IMG/VR virus record: IMGVR_UViG_3300018405_000008
Coordinates: 1 to 35,440 of that record
Length of the DNA stretch: 35,440 nt
Source of the DNA: a virus
Lineage: Duplodnaviria > Caudoviricetes
Direction: 5' to 3' (one strand)
Shown: positions 9,031 to 17,447 of the stretch, one piece after another
Position numbering within the stretch: the first letter of the stretch is position 1
Layout of the letters: each line of letters starts with the position of its first letter
Notes under the pieces: generated by a model
The model's input: the letters and a program-made list of their open reading frames with translations, nothing else
The model's database searches: none
Told to the model about the DNA's origin: nothing
Translations under genes and position numbers: made by a program

Positions 9031-9351
9031 ATGGAAATGTATATAATAACTTTGATTTTAGTAGCAATAATGAGCGTAATCTCTTATTATCTAGTACCTT
9101 TTCTAATTGCAAATACATCAGTAAAGCAAAGGCAAGAGGCTTTATTTTGGATAAATATAACAGTTAAGATTGCTGAGCAGGCTTTTAAAGATAAAGGGAT
9201 AGGGCCATTTAAAAAAGACTATGTTATTAAATGGCTAAAAGATAATAATATTAAGGTTTCTGAAAAGCAGCTTAATGCAATTATCGATACTGTAGTTGAA
9301 TTTTACAATAAAAATGGTTGGGATAAACTTTTGCTGGAGGATAGACAATGA
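9031..9351 (+). CDS. holin, LL-H family-like
   Basis: N-terminal TM, V..AEQ.F...G.G..KK.YV..WL motif; directly upstream of the endolysin. Confidence 0.75.
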   Translation: MEMYIITLILVAIMSVISYYLVPFLIANTSVKQRQEALFWINITVKIAEQAFKDKGIGPFKKDYVIKWLKDNNIKVSEKQLNAIIDTVVEFYNKNGWDKLLLEDRQ

Positions 9352-10424
9352 ATCAACAAACCTTCATTATAAAGCTTTCAGATATTCTAAGAGTTGAAAA
9401 TAAGGGGATAAAGGTTCTTAATTCTTTAATATTAGCTCAAGGTGTTTTAGAATCAAAATTTGGAAATTCTGAGCTTGCTATAAAGGCAAATAATCTATTT
9501 GGAGTAAAGGGCATCGGAGATGCTGGGAAATATACTGTTAATACGAAAGAATTTATTAAGGGTAAGGAAATCATAGTAAAAGCTGATTTTAGAAAGTATT
9601 CTAGTTGGAATGCGTGCGTTAAAGAACAGGTCCATAGATTTACAGAAAATCCAAGATATTCAAAACTTGTTGGAGAAAAAGATTATAAAGAAGCTTGTAG
9701 ATTAGTTAAAGAGGCAGGATATGCTACTGATCCAGAATATCCAGCAAAGCTAATAAAGGTAATTGAAGCATATGAGCTAAATAAATATGATAGGGGTGAG
9801 ATTATGGCCCAGATGGGTACAGTGCCAGTACAAATAAGAGACTTGAACAAATTACATCCAAAGGTTAAAGCAATGGCAGAAATGCTTATAAGTGAAGCTA
9901 AGAAAGCTAATATTCCGATTATAGTAACTGAAACTCTTAGGACAACTGAGACACAAAGGGAATATTTTAGCTGGGGAAGAACTAAAATGAATCCTCATAC
10001 TAGAAAAATGACAGTTGTAACTAGTCTAGACGGAGTCATTAAGAAATCAAGGCATCAATCAGGCCTTGCTTTTGATATATGCATTAATATAAAAGGTAGA
10101 GAGTGGGATGTATCTCTATTAAATAAAGTAGGAAAGATTGGAGCAGGTTTAGGCTTAACTTGGGGTGGAAACTGGAAAACTTTCATTGATAGGCCTCATT
10201 ATGAGATTCCAACAAATCAGATTGATTCTTTTATTATACCAAAGAAGAAGGAGGACGATGAATTGGTTGAAAAAATAACTATGAAAATAAATGGGAGAGA
10301 AGTACAGGTAGAAAGAATTCTCAAAGAAAACAGGAATTATGTAAAGCTAGATGATTTAAAAGCGTATGGTTTAGATGTTATGTGGGACTCAGTAAAGAAA
10401 ATTCCTGTAATAAATATAAAATAA
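9348..10424 (+). CDS. endolysin: GH73 glucosaminidase + M15 L-Ala-D-Glu peptidase + small C-terminal domain
   Basis: GH73 motifs AQ..LES..G, NNLFG.K, GYATDP.Y; M15 motifs SRHQSGLAFD and WGGNW...DRPHYE. Confidence 0.92.
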   Translation: MNQQTFIIKLSDILRVENKGIKVLNSLILAQGVLESKFGNSELAIKANNLFGVKGIGDAGKYTVNTKEFIKGKEIIVKADFRKYSSWNACVKEQVHRFTENPRYSKLVGEKDYKEACRLVKEAGYATDPEYPAKLIKVIEAYELNKYDRGEIMAQMGTVPVQIRDLNKLHPKVKAMAEMLISEAKKANIPIIVTETLRTTETQREYFSWGRTKMNPHTRKMTVVTSLDGVIKKSRHQSGLAFDICINIKGREWDVSLLNKVGKIGAGLGLTWGGNWKTFIDRPHYEIPTNQIDSFIIPKKKEDDELVEKITMKINGREVQVERILKENRNYVKLDDLKAYGLDVMWDSVKKIPVINIK

Positions 10425-10481
10425 ATAATTATCATCTAAATAAATAATTTAATGGTCTATACATTGTGAATATGATATATT

Positions 10482-10520
10482 AAAGCTATTCTAATATAAA
10501 TAGAATAGTTTTATTATTTT
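10482..10520 (+). terminator. hairpin after the endolysin (probable terminator)
   Basis: AAAGCTATTCTA-ATATAAA-TAGAATAGTTTT followed by T-rich sequence. Confidence 0.5.
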
Positions 10521-10545
10521 CAATATGATTACGGGGATGCACATT

Positions 10546-11481
10546 ATGAAAAAGAAATTAACACTAGATGAACAAATAAATCATTTGGAATCTAAAAATA
10601 TCAGATTTTCTAAAGTGTCTCAAGCGGATGCAAAAACTTATTTAGAAAACAACAATAATTATTTTAAATTGAGATCATATAGAACTAATTTTTTAAAATA
10701 TCAATATGGAGAAAATAAGGGTAAGTACGAAAATCTTGAATTTGCTTATTTAGTAGATTTAGCTATCGTAGACACTAGATTAAGGATGATAATTTTAGAA
10801 ATGGCTTTAAATATTGAACACTTTTCTAAAGTGAAATTGTTATCTATTATTAGTAAATTAGAGGATGAAGATGGCTACACTATTGTCAGAGAATATATAA
10901 ACCAATTAACAGAAAAAAATAAAAATAGGCTTGAAGAAGAATTTTGTAGAAATAAGAGAAGTGTCTATTGTAATGCATTAATTAATAAGTATGAACAAAG
11001 GCTACCAGTGTGGGTATTTGTTGAAATAATATCATTTGGAAGTTTCTTATCTTTCTATAGATTTTGTGCTGAAAAATTATCATCAGATGATTTATTAGAC
11101 GATTATTATTTAATGATGACTGTAAAAGATATAAGAAATGCTGCAGCACACAATAATTGTATTTTGAATGACTTAATTAGTAATAATAGTATGCATAAGC
11201 CAAATTATAAAATGATGCAACATGTAAATAAGGATAATAATATCTCTAAACAAACAAGAAAAAATAAATTCAAGAATGAAAGAATAAGACAACTATGTAC
11301 ATTAATATATTCTCATCAAAAAATAGTTTCCAGTACGGGTGTAAAAAAACATATCAATGAAAATTTAAATGAATTTTTTGATAGAGTATATAGAGACTTT
11401 GATTACAAATTTTCTAATACATTAAAAACTTCGTTTGATTTTTTGATAAATATTGTTGACATATTTAGCAAACAAGTATAG
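10546..11481 (+). CDS. abiF: Abi-like protein, AbiD/AbiF (Abi_2) family HEPN ribonuclease
   Basis: LTLDEQINHL..K.I.F, NYFKL.SY, YL.DLA..D..LR, LPVW.F.E..SFG and HEPN RNAAAH (11134-11151); GGGGA RBS favours ATG 10546. Confidence 0.85.
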   Translation: MKKKLTLDEQINHLESKNIRFSKVSQADAKTYLENNNNYFKLRSYRTNFLKYQYGENKGKYENLEFAYLVDLAIVDTRLRMIILEMALNIEHFSKVKLLSIISKLEDEDGYTIVREYINQLTEKNKNRLEEEFCRNKRSVYCNALINKYEQRLPVWVFVEIISFGSFLSFYRFCAEKLSSDDLLDDYYLMMTVKDIRNAAAHNNCILNDLISNNSMHKPNYKMMQHVNKDNNISKQTRKNKFKNERIRQLCTLIYSHQKIVSSTGVKKHINENLNEFFDRVYRDFDYKFSNTLKTSFDFLINIVDIFSKQV

Positions 11482-11484
11482 TAT
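11456..11484 (+). promoter_or_regulatory. sigma-A promoter embedded in the abi 3' end
   Basis: TTGACA (11456-11461), 17 bp, TAGTAT (11479-11484). Confidence 0.8.
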
Positions 11485-11490
11485 GTTGTT

Positions 11491-11552
11491 ACAAAGAAAA
11501 ACCATATGGTTTTGCGGAGGGACATGACTCAGTTATGTCGCTCTATTTTTTT
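11491..11552 (+). ncRNA. putative ~60-nt AbiF-associated antitoxin RNA
   Basis: Own promoter; perfect palindrome AAAACCATATGGTTTT (11498-11513); second hairpin GAG.GACATGAC-TCA-GTTATGTC.CTC plus T7; no credible ORF. Confidence 0.65.
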
Positions 11553-11557
11553 GCATT

Positions 11558-11597
11558 AAAAGAGAGTAGTCCTTTAAGGGCTTACTCTCTTTTTTTT
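11558..11597. terminator. bidirectional intrinsic terminator
   Basis: AAAAGAGAGTA.GTCCT-TTA-AGGGC.TACTCTCTTTT followed by more T. Confidence 0.8.
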
Positions 11598-11600
11598 GTT

Positions 11601-11844
11601 TGGACAAATTTAGGACAAATTCTGTTTAATTTTTTTATAAATTATGGTAATCTATTTTTTACAAGTCGGTTTTTATGGTTTAAAACATTTATATGTTTTA
11701 TTGTATAGTGATGTATATTAAAAAAATACCATAATATACACTAATGAAAAAATAAAATTGCCACTAGGCAATATATAGTAAATTCAACGGTTTTAGGCTT
11801 TGAATAATTTGAATAATTTTTTATGGACAAATACAGGACAAATT
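11601..11844. other. attP region with integrase arm-type sites
   Basis: Non-coding interval just downstream of int, bounded by two GGACAAAT tandem pairs (11602/11613 and 11825/11836, 11-bp period). Confidence 0.75.
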
Positions 11845-12971
11845 TATTTAGATTTTATGTTTTTTTGTTCAATTTCTTTAAATCTTTTGTCAAAATTATC
11901 GGCTATATTTTTATCTTTTTCATTTATTCCATGCAGGTATGTGTTAATGGTTGTTGATACACTTTTATGGCCAAGTCTTTTGGCTACTGAATGGATATCA
12001 GTACCATCATTTACTAGCAAGGATGCATTTAAATGTCTTAGATCATGAAAGCTTATATTAGGCAATTTGTTTTTTTCTATTACAACTTTCAATGTATAGT
12101 TAAAAAAGTTTTTTGACACTGGCCTTTGTGTATCGGGGTTAAAGAATATATATCCGTCCTTTGATATAATTTTTCTAGCAAATATGATTTCTCTAAGTGG
12201 CTGAATAACGAACTCTGGTGCTATTATGGTTCTATACGAATCATCCTTTGGGCCTTTTTCTCCTTCTATCTTGTAATTGTCTTTTGAAATCGAGTTTATT
12301 TGTCTTTCTATTTTTATAGTGTTAGTTTCAAAGTCTATGTCAGTTGTTTTTAATCCTCTAATCTCAGATTTTCTAAGTCCACATCCTAATGCTAAATATA
12401 TTCCAGCTCTTTGATATACATTTTTTTCTTTATATGCATTGATTAGAGTGGATATCTGTTCTATAGATAATATTTCGTCCATGTTGTTTTTTCTTTTCAT
12501 TTTATTATTTTTAGGTTTACTTATTGTTCCACTAAATGGGTTGTTAGGAATAAGCCTCCATAGTACACCTTTGTTGTAGATAAGCATAAATACTGCTAAA
12601 AACAATTTAATTGAGTCTGGTTCATATGTTTTAGAGAGTTTATTTAAATACTTCTCTATAGTTATAGGTTCTATTTTTATAGCTTCTTTTTTACCGAAAA
12701 CTGGGAGTAATTTATCTAAACAGTTTCTGTATGTTATTACAGTATTAGGTTCTAAATTTTTATTTATATGATTTTCCCATACTATATCAGTTAGCTCCTG
12801 AAATGTTAAATTTTTAGGTCTATCATAGTCTCCTCTTCTAACTCCGTAAATAAATTCTTCGTGTGCTTTTTTAGCTTCTTTTTCACTTCCATAAAATGTA
12901 TCTGTATAAGCTTTACCTTTATGCATTTTTCTAAATCTAAATACTCCAGGAGCTCTCTTATCTATACTCAT
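11844..12971 (-). CDS. int: tyrosine integrase
   Basis: GLRKSE (R), KGPK (K), HDLRH (HxxR), LGH, TYLH (Y); N-terminal arm-binding region. Confidence 0.96.
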   Translation of the reverse strand: MSIDKRAPGVFRFRKMHKGKAYTDTFYGSEKEAKKAHEEFIYGVRRGDYDRPKNLTFQELTDIVWENHINKNLEPNTVITYRNCLDKLLPVFGKKEAIKIEPITIEKYLNKLSKTYEPDSIKLFLAVFMLIYNKGVLWRLIPNNPFSGTISKPKNNKMKRKNNMDEILSIEQISTLINAYKEKNVYQRAGIYLALGCGLRKSEIRGLKTTDIDFETNTIKIERQINSISKDNYKIEGEKGPKDDSYRTIIAPEFVIQPLREIIFARKIISKDGYIFFNPDTQRPVSKNFFNYTLKVVIEKNKLPNISFHDLRHLNASLLVNDGTDIHSVAKRLGHKSVSTTINTYLHGINEKDKNIADNFDKRFKEIEQKNIKSK

Positions 12972-13002
12972 TGATTATAATCTTCCTTTCTAAATGATTT
13001 AG

Positions 13003-13016
13003 CAAACGTAAGTTCG
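13003..13016. promoter_or_regulatory. LexA/DinR (Cheo)-like box upstream of int
   Basis: CGAAC-TTAC-GTTTG on the minus strand (Firmicutes consensus CGAAC-N4-GTTCG, one mismatch). Confidence 0.55.
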
Positions 13017-13026
13017 TTATAAATTT

Positions 13027-13050
13027 AAAAAGAAAAGCCCTAGGGCTTTT
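13027..13050 (-). terminator. terminator after the methyltransferase
   Basis: Perfect palindrome AAAAGCCCTAGGGCTTTT followed on the minus strand by CTTTTT. Confidence 0.65.
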
Positions 13051-13061
13051 GAACAGTTAAA

Positions 13062-13907
13062 TTATGATATAGGATGAATTATTGGAGCTATTTTTTTTGA
13101 ATATATCATTATTTCTTTACCTTTATAAACCTTCTGAGCGCTATAGTTAATATTATATTCTTCAATGTGGTAATCGCTATAAAGTTCTTTTATTTTATTG
13201 ACATTGTCATATGTTACAATCCAATGCTTATTAATTTTAGAAGTAGTGTTTCTCAATGAGGTATGATTATCTTCATTGTAAAAATTAGTATATAATTCTG
13301 GACCTTTTGCAAAATATGGAGGATCTAAAAAAATAAATGTTTTTTGTTTTTGTCTTGATACAATATTTTTTATAAAAATTTCTGCATCAAGATTATAAAA
13401 ATGAATTTTTTTCTTATTTGATGATATTTTCATAATCTTATTAATAATATCCTTTTTATTAAATCTACAATCTAGAGTATAATTACCAGTTTGCTCATAT
13501 CCTCCAATTGGGCCAGCAGATATTATTCCAGATCTATTGGTTCTATTTAAAAATAATGTTGAATAAGCTAATTCAAATTCAGTTACTATATCTTTTTTGT
13601 TTTGAATATTTTTTTGAAGCTTCCATTCATCAATAGTAACTTCTGTTGTTTGAATTTTTTTACATAGTTCAGATGCATTATTAAGAACTGTATTCCAAAA
13701 TGAGTAAATAGATGTATCAATATCATTTAATACCAGTTTACTAACAACATTATCATATAGAAGTTGGAGTGAAAGGCCACATCCACCAGCAAAGGGCTCC
13801 ACGTAAGTACATCCACTAAGATTGTTTAATCTGATTAATTCTTTAGTATATTTATATAGTTTTGTTTTTCCTCCAGGATATCTTAAGGGAGAATGAGTTA
13901 TGGGCAT
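13062..13907 (-). CDS. N6-adenine DNA methyltransferase, D12/Dam class
   Basis: SPLRYPGGK, YVEPFAGG (SAM binding), FLDPPY (catalytic). Confidence 0.93.
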   Translation of the reverse strand: MPITHSPLRYPGGKTKLYKYTKELIRLNNLSGCTYVEPFAGGCGLSLQLLYDNVVSKLVLNDIDTSIYSFWNTVLNNASELCKKIQTTEVTIDEWKLQKNIQNKKDIVTEFELAYSTLFLNRTNRSGIISAGPIGGYEQTGNYTLDCRFNKKDIINKIMKISSNKKKIHFYNLDAEIFIKNIVSRQKQKTFIFLDPPYFAKGPELYTNFYNEDNHTSLRNTTSKINKHWIVTYDNVNKIKELYSDYHIEEYNINYSAQKVYKGKEIMIYSKKIAPIIHPIS

Positions 13908-13949
13908 AGTACCACCTACTTTCTACTCTTATAAGGATATCAAATATAA

Positions 13950-15587
13950 TTATTCTTGGCCAGCCTTATATTGAATTAAAGGCAAAGATTTTTTTTCATA
14001 TAGGTTATTTAGAGACTTTACAAAATTAGTTCTAAAATTTACAAAATTTTCATCTCTAGAATGCCTATTAATAAAAAAAGTTATATATGTATCAAAGTTT
14101 TTATCTGAAGCTGCCCATTTTTTATAATTTTTTGCAGGAGATTTTTGTAAATCAACTATTGTAAAAGACTGAATATTATAATCTGAAAAGTCAGATATAA
14201 AAGAATCTCTTTCTTTGTTATATTTAACAAAGAAATGGTCACTTCCTTTTAAAGAATAAATAAAGAAAACGATAGCTTTTTCTATACATAAGTCTTCAAT
14301 GGATGGTAATTTTAGGACATTTAAATTATCTTTATATTTGTCTATATTAACATCTGGATCTAAAACAAAAATGGTGTCTGTGAAAAGCTTCTTTCCATTA
14401 TCTATTAACAAAAAAATATTTTTATAACTCATACCATCATTAGTTTCATTTGATGTTAATCCTGTTAAAAAATCAACTTTATTTATGATATCACGAGTTT
14501 TTATTATACGCTTTAAGTAAGTTATAGCTAATTTATCTTCCATTATTATAACGGGTTTAAATAGAATGTTGTTTTCTTCGCTATCACGGAAAGTAAGTTC
14601 TTTATAGGCATCTGAATAAGTTGGATTTAGTATAATATTATAATTATTATCATCTACAAATTGAGTGCTGATGATATTCAAAACTATATCGTCACAGTTT
14701 TTCTTTTTTTGCATTTCGATTATACATTGAATAAGATATAGTGAGTGAGAAGTTAGAACTACTTGTACTTTATTTTTAGCGCTCCAAGTATATAAATATT
14801 CAATAAGTTTTTTTTGGGCAATTGGATGAAGACCAGCTTCTATTTCATCAATACACAATATTCCATTAAGACAATCCTTTCCAAGAGAATTCTTCTCGAA
14901 CGCAAATAATTTACTTAATATATGACCTAAATTGTCTTCACCAGAGGATATAGAGGCATAATCATAATATGTTTCAGTAGGACCAAAAGTAGTTTTTATA
15001 GATTTATCCTCAACTAATACAGGATTATTAAAAGTTTGTTTTTGCAGAATTTTGTAATATCCTCGATCAATAAATTTTTTATATTCTTCAGTTAAAATTT
15101 CTTGCAAAGGCTTAGAATTAGTATCAACAATTGGATATAATCTTTTAAAGTTTAAATAGCTGGTATTAAGAGAAAAATTCCCCAATCCTTTTTCATTTGA
15201 TTTACCAACAGTTATACGGTGTCTTGTATTATCAGAACTTGGATAAACACGAATTGGAGTTTCAAAATCATTTCCATCTATATCTTTAGCATTTAAGTAG
15301 TAAATATATTGTTTATTGTCTTTTTCTAAACTTAGGTTAAAAACTTCTTTTAATGTAGTTTTAAGTTGTTTACCAAAAATATCTTTAGCATCACTAGGAC
15401 TGCTAAATGGATGAGCAATTAATCCTAATAATGTAGATTTCATAGTACCGTTTTTACCAGATATGACTGTTAGATTATTTCCTAAAGTAATTTCTTTATT
15501 TTTTAAACTTCTAAAATTACTTATTTTTATGCTATTAATTTTCTTGAATTTTATATCTTTATTGTCTTGGATATTATTTTTATCCAT
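13950..15587 (-). CDS. ABC/AAA_15-type ATPase with C-terminal TOPRIM-like nuclease domain (OLD-like architecture)
   Basis: NFRSL, Walker A GKNGTMKST, signature ISSGE, Walker B CIDEIE, D-loop AGLHP, H-loop TSHS; then VIIMED and FVLDPD (TOPRIM Glu and DxD). Confidence 0.8.
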   Translation of the reverse strand: MDKNNIQDNKDIKFKKINSIKISNFRSLKNKEITLGNNLTVISGKNGTMKSTLLGLIAHPFSSPSDAKDIFGKQLKTTLKEVFNLSLEKDNKQYIYYLNAKDIDGNDFETPIRVYPSSDNTRHRITVGKSNEKGLGNFSLNTSYLNFKRLYPIVDTNSKPLQEILTEEYKKFIDRGYYKILQKQTFNNPVLVEDKSIKTTFGPTETYYDYASISSGEDNLGHILSKLFAFEKNSLGKDCLNGILCIDEIEAGLHPIAQKKLIEYLYTWSAKNKVQVVLTSHSLYLIQCIIEMQKKKNCDDIVLNIISTQFVDDNNYNIILNPTYSDAYKELTFRDSEENNILFKPVIIMEDKLAITYLKRIIKTRDIINKVDFLTGLTSNETNDGMSYKNIFLLIDNGKKLFTDTIFVLDPDVNIDKYKDNLNVLKLPSIEDLCIEKAIVFFIYSLKGSDHFFVKYNKERDSFISDFSDYNIQSFTIVDLQKSPAKNYKKWAASDKNFDTYITFFINRHSRDENFVNFRTNFVKSLNNLYEKKSLPLIQYKAGQE

Positions 15588-15619
15588 ATTAATCCCCCTT
15601 TGTCATGATAACAATAATC

Positions 15620-16378
15620 TTAAGGCCTCCTTACAATTCTTAAATAGTAATTTAGTATATTAATTTTCTTTTCAATTTCGGATGGATTATTAGTAAAATG
15701 ATAGAAAGATAAAAGAAATAATCTTAGAATTGTACCAATAAATAAAAGCTTTAATATGAAAATAATAGAATCAGGATACATTCCTTCATTGGGCCATTCT
15801 GGTATTAATTTTGTAGTAGTAGCTCCTGTTAGAAATAAAAGTGTAGAAGATGTATGAGTTTTATAATTATTAGATATATCTTCAAGAATTTCTTTTAGTA
15901 GTATTATTTTACATTGCGGATATTTCGAAAGTTCTCTAAAATATGAAACATTGCTATATATTGTTGCTGGATACTTTTTGATTTGCAGATCAAGAAATTT
16001 ATTGATTTTCTTACATTGGAGATTATGGTCATATGAGGTTGAAATTTTATCATTTATTTCATTTTTAATTATTTTTTTTGTTATAAAAATAATAATAAAA
16101 CTAAATGAAATTAGAATTAATATACTTAAATTAAAATCTAATAAAAAAGGTGAGTGTTTCATGATTAAAGCTAGTATGTAAGAGAAAATAGCAATTATAA
16201 TAATAATTTTATAGTTTTTTCTTATATAAATAAAATTCATCTTTTTTATTGAACTGAGTATATTAAATAGAACACCAAATGTAGCACCTAAATATAAAGA
16301 TAATACAATAAAATATATGCTTAAAAAAAAGTAATTATTTATTAATAGCTCTATATTTTCGTTTATAAAGTTAGACAT
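15620..16378 (-). CDS. hypothetical multi-pass membrane protein
   Basis: 252 aa with about 4-5 hydrophobic segments; GAGGA RBS; very AT-rich. Confidence 0.65.
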   Translation of the reverse strand: MSNFINENIELLINNYFFLSIYFIVLSLYLGATFGVLFNILSSIKKMNFIYIRKNYKIIIIIAIFSYILALIMKHSPFLLDFNLSILILISFSFIIIFITKKIIKNEINDKISTSYDHNLQCKKINKFLDLQIKKYPATIYSNVSYFRELSKYPQCKIILLKEILEDISNNYKTHTSSTLLFLTGATTTKLIPEWPNEGMYPDSIIFILKLLFIGTILRLFLLSFYHFTNNPSEIEKKINILNYYLRIVRRP

Positions 16379-16587
16379 ATATTTATTCCTCGATTTTAGA
16401 ATTTAGACAGACTTTAATCGTTTGCACGTTATTTAAATCTGTTTTCAAGTAAACTCATTAATTTCCATATAGCATCCACCCCCCTGGATAATATACTTAT
16501 ATCAAAGTTAATTAATATATTTTTTAATTTTTTTTAAAACCCAACTTAGCTATTATTAGAATAGCTATCTATACTTAAAATATGAAT

Positions 16588-17412
16588 CTAACCAAGAGCA
16601 ACATCTAGAACCATCATGATAGTAAATCCAATCATACAACCTATTGTAGCTATATCAGTTTTTGAGCCACCTTCTTCACGTTGGGCTTCTGGAATAAGTT
16701 CTTCAATAACAACATAAATCATCGCTCCAGCTGCAAATGCTAGAGCATAAGGTAAGATAGGCTGCATCTTCACAACAGCAAAGGCTCCGATTACACCTGC
16801 AATAGGCTCAACTATCCCAGATGCTTGACCATATAAGAATGATTTTGTTCTGCTGAAACCTTCTCTTCTGAGCGGTATTGAAACAGCTGCTCCTTCTGGA
16901 AAGTTCTGTAAACCGATACCAATTGCAAGAGCTATAGCTCCAGCTAGTGAAGCTGAACTTCCAGTTCCTGCAGCTACGGCTCCAAATGCAACTCCAACAG
17001 CAAGTCCTTCTGGAATATTGTGAAGGGTAATTGCTAAAACTAACAATACACTTCTTTGCCAATTTGTTTTAACACCTTCAGCTTGTGAAGTTTCTAATCC
17101 CATATGTAGATGGGGTAATAATTTATCAACTAAATATAAAAATGCTCCTCCACCTAAAAATCCAATTGCAGCAGTAAGAGATGCTATTTGTCCGAGTTCT
17201 TCAGCCATAGTTATTGCAGGAGAAAGTAATGACCAAAAGCTTGCTGCTATCATAACCCCAGCAGCAAATCCAAGCATTCCATTAAGAATAGTTTTATTTA
17301 TTGATTTAAAAAAGAAAACAAGTGATGCGCCAAGAGCTGTAACGCCCCAAGTGAATAGAGTTCCTATGAGGGCTTGTTCAACTGGACCGAATTTTTCAAA
17401 GAAAAGTATCAA
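16588..17412 (-). CDS. zupT: ZIP-family (ZupT/GufA-like) divalent metal transporter
   Basis: [61 protein letters not shown]; TTG start with AGGAGG RBS. Confidence 0.93.
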   Translation of the reverse strand: MILFFEKFGPVEQALIGTLFTWGVTALGASLVFFFKSINKTILNGMLGFAAGVMIAASFWSLLSPAITMAEELGQIASLTAAIGFLGGGAFLYLVDKLLPHLHMGLETSQAEGVKTNWQRSVLLVLAITLHNIPEGLAVGVAFGAVAAGTGSSASLAGAIALAIGIGLQNFPEGAAVSIPLRREGFSRTKSFLYGQASGIVEPIAGVIGAFAVVKMQPILPYALAFAAGAMIYVVIEELIPEAQREEGGSKTDIATIGCMIGFTIMMVLDVALG

Positions 17413-17447
17413 TTGATTTCCTCCTAGTAGTATATTTATATAGATGA

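Noticed and set aside
11482-11843. tRNA/tmRNA fragment at attP
   Set aside because: No T-arm (GTTCGA) or acceptor-stem pattern is visible.
11800-12048. Plus-strand 82-aa ORF over int
   Set aside because: Antisense shadow overlapping int and the arm sites.
16445-16485. Strong SD-like GGGGGGTGG before a minus-strand ATG (16468)
   Set aside because: The ORF is only 7 codons (MEINEFT); possibly a gene remnant or leader, but not supportable.
10484-16566. 12-bp inverted pair AGCTATTCTAAT (10484) / ATTAGAATAGCT (16555) bracketing the abi-int-defence block
   Set aside because: Each copy is part of its own local terminator-like hairpin; AT-rich and short, no invertase or transposase present, and the interval spans attP.
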